Both the position numbers and the translations under genes were made by a program. Shown here in pieces: positions 25,780 to 40,430 of a stretch of DNA of 64,000 bases. How positions within the stretch are numbered: position 1 is the first letter of the stretch; each line of letters opens with the position of its first letter. The notes beneath the pieces were generated by a model. That model was not told where the DNA came from and searched no databases. It saw only the letters and a list, made by a program, of their open reading frames with translations. This DNA comes from Dicyema japonicum (lineage: Eukaryota; Animalia; Dicyemida): the NCBI GenBank assembly GCA_011109175.1, contig RDEW01000031.1:653216-717215 (forward strand), in the 5' to 3' direction.

Positions 25780-26025
25780 TTGACAGCACATCCACCTTTA
25801 GGCGACGTTGAGAAATGTCTAAGGGCTCCTACGTTTCTGCAAGGAACTAGAAAACTAATTCAGAGAAACGTATAGGAAATCTGATCTACCATTAAGAAAG
25901 GTATCCAGATAGAATTCCTCTGCATAGACAACAGAAGACACTTTCTGAAAGCACTTGAGTCTCTGTCGGAACACTCAAGGAGAGTTATTTGGCTATTAGA
26001 GGCTTGATAACCTAATTAGTTGGTT
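25780..26025 (+). mobile_element. 3' remnant of the LINE family also seen at 51685-52065 and 63355-63820
   Basis: Shared 'cctacgtttctgcaagga' and end 'taattagttgg'. Confidence 0.55.
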
Positions 26026-26779
26026 CAACATTTCTTTATTGGTAGTCTTTGGGTTCTAGTAATAATAAACGTTAATATAGAAATGGAAAAGTTTATCCTT
26101 TTGTGAATTAATAACGACTCAAGGTTCGAATTGGCTTCTTATAACTCACATTAAACTTAATTTATTGAACCAGAAAACCACCGTCATAGCCAGACCTCAC
26201 ATAAAAAATTTATGTGATCTCTGCATCCCTCAACAGTCTTTGCATGTTCGGACCCTTCCTTCTGGTCCGCCCAGGGTGAACTCCTCTGGATAATTATTTT
26301 TGGTATAATTTAGGATTATATCTGGCGCCACTAGAGATGGTGAATCACATGAAGCACACTACCAATTCATGGTCCCTGGAGCCAAAGGGGAATAATAGGA
26401 ACAAAATAAACAAACAAAAATCTTCAAGTAGCCAAATAGCACTACAATAACTTTGGTTCCACGTGGTACATGTATTAAATAATAACTAAGAACCATATGG
26501 AAAGTTTGGAAATGAATATTTTACATTTAAAACTATCTGTTTGAAAAAACCTCAAATTTAATGTTTTATTGTGTAATTTAATTTTTTCACTCACAATTAG
26601 AATATATGAAAAATTGCGTGCAGAAATATCTCAAATAAAACAAAACATTGAAGACCTAAAGAAATACAAAATGCTATCGGATTCCTTCATGAAACTAAAC
26701 TGACTGATTAACATCGTGGAGAGTATCACCTAATCCTCCTGCCTAGTCAGTCAATAACTATAACTAGGTGGTTCTCAGT

Positions 26780-27900
26780 ATTATTTGCCATCAAATATGG
26801 AGAATTAATGACAAAATTAAGGTTTCACAAATCAAATGATTACCAATAACTAACATGTATGCACCCCACAGTGGATGGATTAATAAGAATCCTGAGGGAA
26901 TTAATAATTTTTACATTGAACTCTCAATGGTGTACTGTGAACATGGACATTCTTTATTGGTATTCATTGATTGGAATCTGAGTGCCAAAGTGGGAACTCG
27001 TGTTTACGCGGAAGAAACATTCATGAGAAGACATGGTAGGGGAAAAGAAACCTGCCAGGAATCTCACTCCTTAATTAATTTAATAATTATACATATATAG
27101 ACACAACCAGACACGTAGTAATAGGACGAATTTTGATGGTCAAATTATCTTAACTCAAATTGACTATGAAGGAATGAAGACAATTACAACTAATGCTCAT
27201 ATGGTGGATCAAGAATAACTTTATAAATAAGCTTTAGAGAATATCGCCCGGATCCTAGACGACAAGGTTGGATACAAGGGGACGGGGGATTCCTGTTCAA
27301 AAACCCCTACAAGAAAACCTAAGATCTTTATTCCGATGAATACAATATGAAAGGATATCTTGTTCTGAGAAAACTGAAAGATATCTATTTGCATGCAATT
27401 GCGGATTTCGAAAGGGAAGATCTACGTCAAATGCTGTTTAGAGTCATAAATGGAGGTGTCAGTTTTACAAAGAATTAACGACTACAAAAATCTTATAAAT
27501 TGATAATTCCAAATCCTTCGATTCTGTCAGTTGCCCAAACTTATTGAAAGCATTCTACTCAACTGATTTGAATCTATCAGAATTAGGAGAGTATTTGTTT
27601 CAAACCCATTCAAAACAGGGACCCCACAAAAAGATCTATCTCCATTTTATTTGCAATATATGGAATGGGAACTTATGCAACTGAGGTCTTAAGAAAGACG
27701 TTTTAACTCGTGTGGACAATGTGAAGTTTGTCTCGGAAGACACAACCCAATTAATGGAGGTAATACCGGAAGACTCTCTGAATAATTTCTTAAAACTTAA
27801 TGTGGACAAACGAATGAATCAATAACTAACGAAATCGGGCGCAAGACCAAGAATTTAGGGACCATTCTAGGAGACCAGGAATACAGTGCGAGAAACAAAA
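26780..27900 (+). mobile_element. Heavily decayed RTE-like element
   Basis: MYAPHS, AKVG...FMRRHGRG, QIDY, LGTILGD. Confidence 0.6.
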
Positions 27901-28519
27901 ACGATTGCAGTGGACATGAAAGACTTAGTTAACGTGGCCATGGAGGACTTTTTCATTTCTAACGCTCTCCAATTCAGTAGAGGAACAAGAATTACTCTCC
28001 CTAAACCTCTCTTGGTTTCAATCAACAAGGTCTTTAAGTTATAAATGTTCTGAAAACCAGGTTACTCACTTTCCCTGTCTCGGACGCTTTTTAATAATGT
28101 CGGTTCCTTGGTTCATTTCCTTAATTAACTTCCACTTTGCTAACAAAACCGAATATTCACATAGCAGAGTACATCATATTTGCTTTATGACTTGGTGATA
28201 TAACAGAAATTCTTCAAAAACGCCTTAATTTCGTCTATATTGGATGTAAAACTCCTCATACACCATTCACAACTGAATTCGACCAATTCAACCTGGACCA
28301 ACTTTTTGCCCAAATGATGTTACATCCTCGTTGTCAAAAAACAAAATAGTTTGTTTCTTACGGTCACATAAGTGGAAAATCTCGCAATATTACAAAAGTT
28401 TGAGTTTTGTGCTAGTGAGTCCTTTACGCTAAAAATATCTCGAGTGAGGAAATAAATTGGATAAAAGAGAAAGGTCACTTGCGCTACTAAATAGTAGAAA
28501 TATAATTCTTGCCATTTCC

Positions 28520-30675
28520 GAGAACATTGTGTCAACTGACCCAAAAGAATAAACGAGGCAGGTAACCAGGGGGTACGTAGCAGGCTATTCTGAATGCCCT
28601 GGAATGGCTGGCCATACTTTGGAGAGCTCTGCAGTAGCAGATTCAGTACTGCTATGTTTGTGAGTGAGCTCAAGAAAATGACCATAAAAAAATTAGGGTC
28701 AGAGGAGGAGTACTGGTCTATAGGGGTGTGGACTTGATGGTTACAGTTTTCAAATAGAGCAAGAGCAGCACAGCTGTGACATGTTGCAGCTCAAGCATGT
28801 TTATGAGGTCTTCGCTCGGAATCTCGCTGCAGTGGCAGATGTCCCCCTTGAAGACAGTATAGTTACCCGTGAAATCCCTCATGTATGGTTAACGGAAGGA
28901 TGTTAACCTGCATCAATAAGATTGTGGCTAATGTAGTGGAGGCTAAGCCAGTAGGGTCATTGTGTGACATCTGCCTAGTGCTGTATGCATTACAGATCCT
29001 GGACAAACCTAGACCACCCAGTAAATAGAGTGAACAGATCTGTTCTAATATTGCTTGGAAAAGTTGGAAGCACTGGAAGGGTACATGATTAGTTTGGCAA
29101 AAGGGGTAAAGAGAAAAGTACAGTTAGTAAGAGGGTTACTTACTAAACGCCATGTTCTCAAATAGGACCTCAAATAATTAAGGACAGTATTGATGGAGTG
29201 AAGGAGGTAATAATTATGTACAGCAGGAAACTATGTACCCATGAAAATCGGTGTAAGAATAGGAGAGAAAATAATTTGTTTGAATTTAATTGCAGATTGT
29301 TTTACCGACGTCTACACAAAAATGGCAATAGTGCATGTTCCAAGTGGGACGTGGAAATGCTTTCTACATGGGGTATTTTGTGGGAGGCTAAACTTCGCAG
29401 AAGAAATGCGTGGAATGTCTAAATCCTGGCAGAATCCTGCGAAGTTTTTGATTTTTGCATGAAATAGGTCAATGCAATTCTATCCGAGAATCAGTTACCC
29501 AATGTGCGAAATTTTCAAAGGACAAAAGAACAGACTTTGATCAACTAGTGTTTTTTTGTATCATAAAAACTCACTTTTGTTTGGTGGGTATGAAGAAGGC
29601 TTATGATCATTCTTACCTTGTGGAGTGCCTACACAGGCTGTGTATGCTTTTCATTAGCTTTGTAGTTGATGAATAGGTGAAGTATTCATCAAAACTATAA
29701 TAGGCACCAAATAAACGAATTAAGACTCAAGGGGGATAGCATGTCTCTGCTAGTCTTTGTTCTCGGTTTGTAGTCAGTAAGCCGTCACTTAATCGTTTGA
29801 GCAAATACCAGTTCACTATGAGGGTTGTTTGTTTTAGTACAAACCGCCTTGCTTTTATTGCTGACCTGAAGATGTATGCTCGAACACTCGAGGACCTCTA
29901 CTCCATAGGTGTCTGTGCTGTGAGTTATTTGAGAGTATAGGGACTTGAACTATTCAAATTCTGAGACTATGTAGCGAAATAGTAAGAGTCTTAGAGGAAC
30001 ATGAAAGATATAAATATCTTGGTATTACCCAAACTCCAAAATATAGTAAGAAATCACCTAGACACTATCAGATCTTTTTAGTCTGCTAAGTATGGTGTTG
30101 ATGATGGTGGGCTAGTAAATTTGAAGGCGTTGATCGAATTCCGATAAAACAATTTGATTGAAAGGATCAACTTAAAAAGCCTTCAGAGTATTGGACGTCG
30201 ACAACATGGCTAAGATACGGTGAAAACTCACCTCGATCGGAGACATTGTACACGCATATGCAAGATTGAAATATTTTTGGGGGTCTATCAGCATACATGT
30301 CCTCATTTATGTCAAGGAACATATCGGTTGATCATTTAGCAACTCTGTGCGATTCCATTCTCTGCCACGACTATGTGTGTAGGCATAACGAGGTAGTAAA
30401 CAGTCTTCATCCCCTAATATGCAATAAGTATGATATTCTCCAGAACCAGAAAATAAGGTGCAATCTATAGTAAAGAATACCAGTGGCCAAATCAAGGTAG
30501 ACAGTTCTATCACTAAGCTCCAGGCCTACCTACAGTCCACTGTTTTAAAGCAAACACTAGACTGGCTTACACTGGAGCAGAGCCTGGAGATGCCATACAG
30601 ATAGAGTGCTCAATTAGACAATTCGCTATCAGAATCGAACAAGCCTGAGGAGGCTGGCGAACGAGGAAGGTTGCT
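28520..30675 (+). mobile_element. Decayed R4/Dong-like element, same family as 45430-48070
   Basis: RRENNLFEFNCRLFYRRL; nucleotide match 'gaagaaggctta..tcattcttaccttg..gagtgcctacac'; shared 3' end 'gaggctggcgaac..gaggaaggttg'. Confidence 0.8.
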
Positions 30676-30787
30676 AATGGTAATAATATTAACTTTTTGG
30701 TTGATTGTATAAATAAATTTAGTATGAATAAATAAATTTAAAATAATTAATCTAAAATTATTTGAATAGTTATCAGTAAAATCAATA

Positions 30788-31661
30788 ATGCAATCTGTCG
30801 ACGTGTCTGATCTTATGACTAAAATTCAAGCTTTGAAAACAGAGCGAGATTACTTCAAAGAAACAGTAAGAAACATGACTGAGGAGGTTCTCTCGAAACA
30901 GAATGAAATTAGCTTGGTCAACCAATCTAGTAACCAATAGAGGGAACTTGAACTGAATATCGTCAGATCTCGCATTGAAAATTTAAAAGAGAGTAACGAA
31001 ACCACCGAAAATTTACTTAAAAACAATATTACAACCTACAAAGAGATGTACCTACAGTATGAGACAAGCGAGAGGTTCCAAGTGCTTTATTTTCCAGGGA
31101 ACGTCGCTCTCTTGATGAAAAAAACGAAAAATTGGAGGCCGAGAACTCTAGAATGACTTCAGAACTGAAGAGACTGAAGTATCTCAATGAGGAGTTAGAC
31201 AACGGCCTTGAAATTGTACTCGTGTTTCTTCAAGTAAGGGCCGAAGGAATAAGGAAATATTTGAGAGCAATACTAACCGCCTTGAAGGGATCGTGGAAAC
31301 CAGGAAGAGGTTGAGAAGATCTATTAACCTTAAGGGATTTACAGAAGATTTCTTCTGAACTCGACGACCTTTGCCGGGATCTCAATTCATCGAACCTTAC
31401 CTTTGAAATTGTTTTTTGGTAGCTGATGTAGGTTTCTGATAGCGTGGAGAGTATGATAGAGCATGTGTGTAGACTCAGAACTGAGGTTGGAGAGGTTGAC
31501 TGGCTTAATTTGAAGTACGAGGAGATGAATGGGAAAATGAAGGATGAGATTGCTGTTATGAAAGGTGTTTGTGTGTAACAAGTGTAGTGGAGGTTATAGA
31601 TGAGAACATGTCTGTGGGGAGAATACAGGATATGTTGTCTAATAATGTGAGGACTATTTAA
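30788..31661 (+). CDS. Orphan coiled-coil protein (~235 aa), 7 introns of 21-25 nt
   Basis: MQSVDVSDLMTKIQALKTERDYFKETVRN...; removing seven GT-AG micro-introns gives one continuous E/K/L-rich frame ending NNVRTI*. Confidence 0.75.
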
Positions 31662-32339
31662 GTGATTTGTTTTTTTAATTAATATTATAACTATATTAGT
31701 ACTAATGTTTTAACTACGTGGTTATTCTTACGGTGATCAGAATTCGCACAAAAACCTATTGGCCGGAGAACCGATGGAACCTACATCCAACACCAAAAAA
31801 TAGTGATTTCAGAGACGCCCCTTTTCTCTAGAAACCATTTTTCTTTTACTATGCTCTTTCCTTGCAGCCTATTCTAATAATCTTTAAGAGAATGGGCTCC
31901 ACCAAACGCATGTATAGAAGATGTATAGTTCGATGCACTCTCTGTAGACAGAATTCCTGACTGGATGTTTTCCCCACTCTATAGGGGGCAAGTTATTAAG
32001 ATATGCTCACTTTTTTCTCGATGTTGTTTCATCATAGATAAGATCTATACTAGCGATCATAATGTTATATTGACTTGGAGCGCACGTGATTTAATTGATG
32101 GCAGCGCCTGTCAAGTTTATCTTTGATCATAATTGAAAAGAAATTCCTGACAAGTGAGGTGAAATCAGCTGTGGTACTGACTTTTGTTGACAGTAAAGGA
32201 ACGATTGGACATGAAAGTAAGTTACTTTTTTGTTTATTGTTTAATAAAATAGTGATACATCTTACTTGATGTTTTATTTATTCACTCTTATGTATGACAA
32301 CTTTATTTTAGTCACGATTTTTAAGTTAATTATAAGTAT

Positions 32340-33535
32340 GCTTACCATCCGCCCTGGATTAGCCGACAGTCTCTAATTTGTAACCTTGTCCCAAATTTTG
32401 TCGCGGATTTAAGAGTTCCAGAATGTCCCGGATTATCATAGTTATTATTATTCAGTAGTGTGGGAATGGAAAACTAATAATTACGAATTAAATTGAATGC
32501 ATGTTTGTAAATAATCTAATGAGAAGAGTGTTCAAATTCCTATTTTTATATTTTTTTAACAATAAAATATTATTTATTAACTATGGGGAAGAGCGGCTGC
32601 TGACATCACGGAGTAAGCGATTCCGCGAACAACTGCGATACCAATTCTTTGCCTCAGCCAGACCGCTTCCCGCACGTCTTTCTTGCGGTGGGCCAATTTT
32701 CCCCCGATTTTCTTTAGGAAAGAGGCTGTAATACGTACAGCCGCACCAGACGTCTCGATTGCTCAATTTCTCGATTGGTCTCCAATTTCGCCGTATTTTT
32801 TAATCTTGATTTTCTCGGCCAGATCGGCTGCCGATCCAGCAGACTGCGCCGAGCTGAGCATCATCGAGTTCGAGAAAGAATCCACAACAGTGCAGTCCCA
32901 TACGAGCGATTTTCCCTCAGTGAACGGAAAGATAATTAACCCATCCGGTCTTTTCCCATCTCCACGGTCCAATCCCACAGGTTCCAGTACTGCCGGGAAG
33001 CCTGCCGCTTCGAGAGCTCGCAAGACAATGTTGTTCATAGCAGCATGGCGGGGTGCTCTGCCCGCGCTCCTTTTGCACGAGAGCGGGTGCAGCCCTTTGG
33101 CATCGACGATCCCTCCACAGCGACATTGGTGTTCGAGGCAAACATCAGCTCCCAGGCGTTGTGCGATTCCAATCCGAATACAGTCATCGTCCAATAGGGT
33201 CCCCAGGGAAGAACACAGGAGTGCATCCAACCACGCTCCGCTCCCATGGTTTTCATAGCAGCATTTCATAGCAGCATGGCTTTTTTATTAAAATTATATT
33301 TTTTGCACTATTGTTCCTGTAGAAAGAATATTTTCAATTATGAATTCTACTTGGTAGAAAGAGGTCGAATGGAAGAAGAAACCTTCAAATCATTAGAGTT
33401 GTAAATTGATTATTTTGAAAAAATCAATTTTTCTAGATAAAGTTCATTCAAATCATAAATAAAATCGAATTTCTAAGTTAATTTTCTTGTTTTTCTGTGA
33501 AATTTTATTGTCCCAAATTCCCGGATTCGGATTAT
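32340..33535 (+). mobile_element. Internally deleted hAT-like remnant interrupted by a CRE copy
   Basis: Subterminal tgtccc/cccggatt motifs at both ends; VPVERIFSIMNSTW at ~33310. Confidence 0.5.
32550..33280 (-). mobile_element. 5'-truncated CRE-like element, near-identical to 59650-60431
   Basis: GAWLDAL, HQCRCG..HPLSC, KRPDG, LVWDCT; small deletion at RFVPIA. Confidence 0.9.
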
Positions 33536-34429
33536 CAAAACAAATAAATGTTCCAGATTTCTAGAATAATAAGCTTAGTTATAAGGGGCATTATTATTAT
33601 ACAATCTCCGAGCAACATGACGCTTTGGCACGCCGACGCTCCCATGTATTCGTATGAGCAAGTTTCAAATAGATGGTATTTTTTATTAACTGATATTTTT
33701 AGAACGACAATGCTCATTGTTCCACGATTTTTTAGTTAAATAATGGGAACCCTATCAGTTACGAAAGTTATAGTTGTTCTATTCTGTTTTATTAATTTTT
33801 GTAAAATATGTTGATTCTCCTTTTTGTATTAAAGTTGTACTCTTCTGTATTTTTTCGTCGACACAAAATATGTTTAAGTGAAAACACTTTGGTTCATTTA
33901 TCTCTCCGGGTTTTATCTAATGCTTTAGAGTTCGAATCCCGAGTTTCATTTCTTTCGTAAGCCGGTTAATCCTTATAAGGCGATTTCTTTAGACAATGGA
34001 ATTTTTCCATGTCAACTATCGGTCTTACAATTGCCACCATGATAGAGCAGTTGATATAAGCACCACTTTGTCACTAGAAAATTAATCACTTAGATATAGG
34101 TTCCTCAAAAGATTGTCAGTAATTCACCAATATTCACCAGTTTATATTTGAAGGGCCAAGAGACCCTCCTCCGAATGAAGGTTTCTTTTTTGAATTTGAG
34201 TAAATTGGATTCTTATTGACTTAACCAAAACAAAACATTTTGTTTCTAAGGACCTCATTGCTCAGGACAAGGGCAGCTTGTGTCGGCTATCACGAAATTA
34301 ATTATGCTTTCTGGGACACTACAAGAAGCAATTTGTCACATCATCTTCTCTGTCAAGTTAATTGTATTAAATAAAAGAGAAGAATATGTGATTTTGGCTT
34401 GGTTTTCCGTCGGTTAGTCTTATTTTGGT

Positions 34430-37375
34430 TGAGCTGGTGACGTGGCTCTATTGCACACATGTCTTTTTCGTGCTTTTCTTCGGGATCTATCACTCGTTCA
34501 ATGTAAGAGGATCAAAGAAAAAATTTAACCGTGGATTTTGGATCGTACAATGTAACCGTTGCGTGCTTACAGGAAACGAAAGTAAAAGGCTGACTAGACA
34601 AAATCAACAATGATTTCCTCCTGATTCTGCACCCTTCGAATTGCCCACACTACGGCATGGGATTTGCAATACAAAAAGAACTGAACAATCGAATCCACAA
34701 GGCGTGGAGGGTGAGCGATAGAATGTGTGTTTTACAATTAAAATACGGTGAAAGGAACAATTCCATAATCTCCATTATTAATGTATATACACCAACTTCG
34801 GTGAGAGTATCAATCAATGGAGACGAACTAGACGACTTCTATTCCTCCCTGTCGCAACTATATGCATCTTTGGAAACATCGTTCATGACATACATCGCCG
34901 GAGATTGGAACGCAAAGGCAGGACGTGGGAGTAGTCACGAAGAATTCATGGGAAGCCATGGAAGGGGGATCAGGAACCATTCAGGAGAATCGCTTATCGA
35001 ATTTTGCAATACATTCAAACTATTTCTATGCAACACTGCTTTCAGGCACTCAGCAAGACATAAGACGACATGGAGCTGCTACCGAAAGGACAAATCTGGG
35101 ACTATCAAGCCTATATATAACCAAATAGATTACATTATCTGCAAACAAGCCTACAAGGCACTGCTAACAGATTCTCGGAGCTACAGTGGGACACTAGTCG
35201 ATAGTGATCACAGATTGGTTGTGTCAAGTTTTTTTTCAAACGATATTTTGAGGTTTCCAAAGCGGCTGGCATGAAGACATCTGAAGGGAGGTTCGGAGTG
35301 GAGCAACTCTGCATGGTGAAACCGACTCGGGAAAGCTATCAAAATACATTGAGAGAAAAGATCAGACAGTGGAATAAAGAAAAAATGCCTGGGGAACTGT
35401 GGCAAGACACCATCGATGCAATAAAGTGCGCGGCCCATTCAACAGTTGGAGTAAAACCGAAGCATTTCAACGGACACTATGACCACGAGCTTGAAGAACT
35501 ATCCAAATTGCAGAGGAACCTACGTTTACAGGTCGAAACCTGTCAGGACCAGGCAAAAGAACACACTCTAAGAGTCATGCGGAACAAAACCCTGTATAAA
35601 ATAAAGAAAAGAACGATGGAAATAAAGGATAATAAACTTGTTGGAATGGCTAAAGAAATAGAAAGACTCCAAAATGGAGCGCAAATGTTCAAGGCTGTTC
35701 ACCTACTACATAGAGACACGCAGTCATCAAAAATCACAATACATGATCAGTTTGGAAAGACTATGTTAAACAAAAATGAAATTTTATATATCCAGCCATT
35801 ATCAGCTTATTTTTTTTCATTTTCGTTCATCAGCAGGACTTCAATCAAAACCACGGGAAAACATCCAACAATTCGATGGTGAAGCACGAGAACTAAATAT
35901 TCCGATAACGATTCTGGAAACAAAAAAAAGCCTTGGACAAACTAAACAACAATAGAGCTGCTGGCTTTAACAACATAAATGCAGAACTTCTCAAATATGC
36001 ACCGACCGAGATCTCTGAACTATTAACTGAGATATACAACAAAACATTCAAATACAACTCACCCCTGGATGTGGGTAATGGCACAATAATTGCATTACAA
36101 AAACCGGGCAAAGCTAACGAATTTAAGACCCATCGTACTATTGACGACTCTACGCAAGACACTATCACTTATAGTGCAGAATAGGATTGGACCTGGCATC
36201 GAAAACTTTCTCTCTCACGTTCAAGTGGATTCAGGTCAGGGAAATCTAAAGCTGATGTGGTCTGTGTGCAACACATCAAAAGTACAAGGGGGCTACTGGC
36301 ATCCTTGGTATGGACATGTCCAAAGCCTTTGACTCTATACACAGAGAGAGACTTTTGGATATCTTGGAGAAGTTGGTTGACAGGACAGTGTCAGAATGAT
36401 CCGTCTATTACTTGGAACAACGCAGCTAAGTGTACGTTTTGGAAATTTGGAGTCTGTCCCATTCGAGACAACGTTCGGGGTACCGCAGGGAGATTCCTTG
36501 TCACCGGTACTTTTTGTGACATATCTGGAGGCGGCACTCAGAAACTTCAGACTATTAATTGGCGATCTACCTCAAACTGAAGTGATTTATGCAGATATCG
36601 ACTATATATCCAGCGACGAATAAACATTAAACTATATACGGACAAGGATGCCAGATGTCCTAGAAAAATGGTTCATCAAAATCAATACGGAAAAGACGGA
36701 GACAACTACCATACGCCGTGAATTAACCCGAATTTATGAAAAATGGAGATACTGTATAAAATTGGTGTCGTTGCTCGGAGACGCTGAAGATATCACTAAC
36801 AGGAAGAGGCCTTTAGAAAAATGGGAGTAGTCTGGAATCATCGTAAACAAATTAGCACACAATTACGTGTAAGACTATACAATGCCTTCGTGAAACCAGT
36901 CCTAGTGTACAACGCTGCAACCTGGGGTGTCTCAGAAGCGATGATGGACAAATTAGATGCCTTCCATCGTAAACAACTCCGACTGTTGCTTGGCATCAAC
37001 TGGCCAAAAAAATTACAAACAAGAATCTATAAAAAGTATGTAATACAAGACCATTGAGTCTGAATATCCTGGAATCAAGATGGCGTCTATTTGGTCACAT
37101 CCTTCGGATGAGCCAGATGACGCCTGCTAAAATAGCAATGGAGAACTATTTCTGCCCAGAAGTGAATACCTCGTTCCGTGGAAGACCTCGCATAACTTTG
37201 CCAGAGGTTCTACACAAGGACCTGACCAATGTTAGACGAAAGCTGAAAACAGGAGATGATTTGGATACGCTCAGAATAATTGCCAGTAACCGTGGAGCAT
37301 GGAGGAAGTTAGTTAAGAGAATTGTGGGAGAAAGAATAACCTGAAGAAAAATACGGCACAAGCGGAACCTTAAAT
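34430..37375 (+). mobile_element. Near full-length RTE-like retrotransposon (APE+RT), frameshifted
   Basis: FNVRG, INVYTPT, GDWNAK, NQIDYI, SDHRLV, LRPIVLL, DMSKAFD, GVPQGDSLSP, RWRLFGHILR, GRPR. Confidence 0.92.
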
Positions 37376-37439
37376 AAATTACATTTTTGGTTTTTCGAAA
37401 GTGCTATTAATATTTTTTTATTAAATTTATTATTTTATT

Positions 37440-39075
37440 ATAAGGAAAAAGAATAGTTAATTTTAATTATTCAGCTGTTGGGAGATGCATAAGCTATTCC
37501 CACGGACAACAGCCAACGAGAGCCTCTCCTTGAGCCATCTCGTCTCACGAAGATCACCAGTTTTGTCGGATAGTAGTTTTCCAAGATGATTCAGGAACTT
37601 CAGCGTTTTAGGGCCAAAGTTCCCCGAAGTTTCAATCGCGACAGGTGCGAAAATGTACCTGTCGCTGATATCCGAATACTTAGCATTTTTCATTTCCTCT
37701 GCTTGAGAAGAAGGTCTGCCCGGTGAATTATTTTTTTTGCTTGGGGCGAAAGAGCAGACACAGGTCACATCCCATACAAGGTTTCGCCCTCGCTCGAAAG
37801 GAAAGGAGGTCATGCCGTCAGGGCGTCTTCCGTTGTCAAATAGACCAGTCGGTTCGATCCGGCAACGGAATCCAGCCGATTCTAATGCCCTCTTAATGAT
37901 GCCGTTCATTGCCGAATGTCGAGAAGATCTGCCAATTCCGCTCCGGCATGAGAGGAGGTGGAGACCCAGTTCGTCCGATAGACAGCCACATTTGCACTTC
38001 GATTTGGTGCAAACAGGCAATCCGAGGTATAGACACACAGCTGTACGAAGGGAGTCATCATCCAACAATCCACCAACTTCTTGACATGGGTAAACCCCAA
38101 GCCAAAATCCATCAACCGCATCACTCGAATTTTGGAAACAGTCCAGGCGATGTCCAGAGAGCCGGCTGACTAGGTTGGATGCCAGAGCATTCCATCTATG
38201 GATCATCCAAGACGATTGTTGGTCTGGATTACGCGGCTCTCTAAGCCCTTCGCTCCGCCACACGTCCATGTATTCAACCAAGTCATTGGACAGTTTCCGA
38301 GTCCAGGCGATGTCCAGAGAGCCGGCTGACTAGGTTGGATGCCAGAGCATTCCATCTATGGATCATCCAAGACGATTGTTGGTCTGGATTACGCGGCTCT
38401 CTAAGCCCTTCGCTCCGCCACACGTCCATGTATTCAACCAAGTCATTGGACAGTTTCCGAGATGGACCTTTGAAAGAATTGAGTCCACTTGGTTTTTGCA
38501 TGAAAGTTTTGAGGCAAAATACGCCGGGCCAGCAATTTGGCAGGGAGTAGTAAGACCGATTCCACCCAATGATATCGGTAATTGAGTCTGTATCCATCCA
38601 GGGGTGTCAAGGGAAACGTTAAGTACGAATTCAGTACATCTTTTGAGGCAATCAGAGTATTCCATTAAAAGGGAATCACACTTATAACATGGTGCAGTCC
38701 TTAGTAAATAGTTTAATCTTGGAATGGACAAGCAGTTTCTCAATAGGAAGAGGGCAATATGGTTGTCAACATGCCGCAAAAGGGTCTCAAAAGTACCGAG
38801 CTCTATTGTCCTTTCTTTAAACACGTCCACAATTCGGTCTTCGAATATAGGAGAACCAAGGAACAGAGACTCCCCAACTGGAACCGATGCATAATTTTCG
38901 AGAGTGTATTTAAACTGGTCATTGTAGAAAGTAGTCAGATCGGGACTCAAATTGATCTTGATTAATTCACATTTGGCCTTGTTGACAGAAAGGGCAATCG
39001 CTTCGAATTCAGATATCAAACGACGCACGTCCTCCAAAACTGTATCTGGATGTCCACCAATGATTCCGTCATTAA
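37440..39075 (-). mobile_element. CRE-like retrotransposon (RT thumb, CCHC, REL), 5'-truncated, with a 160-bp tandem duplication
   Basis: LLRNCLSIPRLNYLLRT, LPISLGGIGL, CKCG..HLLSC, RRPDG, WDVTC, PVAIETSG, LSLAVVRGN. Confidence 0.9.
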
Positions 39076-39249
39076 TAATAATAGTCTTAAAATGCTTTTT
39101 TGAAATTTTAGTCTCATCCACAATTAAAAATACATTTCTTCTACTAAAAATATCTTTAATTCTCGTAATTTGATTTGAAATAAGTTAATGTTCCTTTATT
39201 TCAACAGTAACTTTCAGATCAACCTCGGATCTAGTGTGGAGCTACAAGT

Positions 39250-40430
39250 GGAGGTTCACAAAAGTCCACAAATTTGGGTGATAACGTTTATTGTTGGGAT
39301 TAATACGTCAAATTATTAGATTTGTCAAAACCGTTACAAATCCTTTAGGAATTCCTACAGTCAGGTTAAATAGGACATTCCTGACGGCTTCGTATCTGAC
39401 TGTGGAAATCAAAGGAGCCTCCACAAGACGACTTGGACAACATTGGTACCCCCAAAGAGAACAATTATCTCATATTTTGTTTGTCACCTATCTTGAGGCA
39501 GCTTTTCTGGATCTCTCTGAGGGAAGAACATAGAGTATAAATGATTTCATTTCAAATGGTAAAGAAGCAGTTACCTCTTTATTGGAGAAAGTACCGGGAA
39601 AATAGTTGAATAGTTCCTAACAGTAAACCTTGACAAAACCGAAATCACAAAAGGGAGAAGCGAGGACGGAGGATTACTGAGGCAAAGCCAAAAAGCTTGG
39701 CTCTCTTCTCAAAGACAACAAAAGCATAACAAAAAACTGGTAAATTCCGTACTGCAAAAAATCAAGAAAACTTGATTTACCCATAAAAGACTCACGTGGA
39801 TACAAGAGTCTGTATGCACTTGTGAAACTCATACTTTTATACAATGTGGGTACTTGGGTCTGTTAATGATATGAACTCGGAAAGCTGAACTCTTCGCATA
39901 TATACATTTCTAGAACCACTNACCCAAAAAGTTGGGCTCTGTCTTCGAAGACAAAAAAAACATAACAAAAAAACTGGTAAATTCCGTACTGCACAAGATC
40001 AAGAAAACCTGATTCACCAGTAAATGGCTAACGTGGATACAAGAGTGTGTATGCACTTGTTAAACTCATACTTTTATATAATGTGGGTACTTGGGTCTGT
40101 TAATGATATGAACTCGGAAAGCTGAACTCTTCGCATATATACATTTCTAGAACCACTACAGATTCCCGTCCGACATTTTTTAAAAAGAGTTCGAGGAGCA
40201 TGAGATTTCAGATGAGATTATGGAGGCAAGATGGAGGCTGTTTGGACAATACATCGTCTGGACCTATGACACAGCCAAACGTAGTCACGGAGGACTACAT
40301 TTTTGTACGTTCCACGTTTTCGTTCTCATTTAATAGCAACCCTACCGGTCATCTTGAAACTGGATCATTTTTTGGTTTTCAGGTTTCAGAATAAGACGGA
40401 TGTATGCAAGTTTCCACAATATCAGAATAG
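39250..40430 (+). mobile_element. Decayed RTE-like RT region
   Basis: LFVTYLEAA, KKLGSLL, LLYNVGTW, WRLFGQ. Confidence 0.7.

Noticed and set aside
26260-26390. Possible HDV-like ribozyme upstream of RTE or R4 remnants (also 28555-28620)
   Set aside because: I could not build the nested double pseudoknot by eye.
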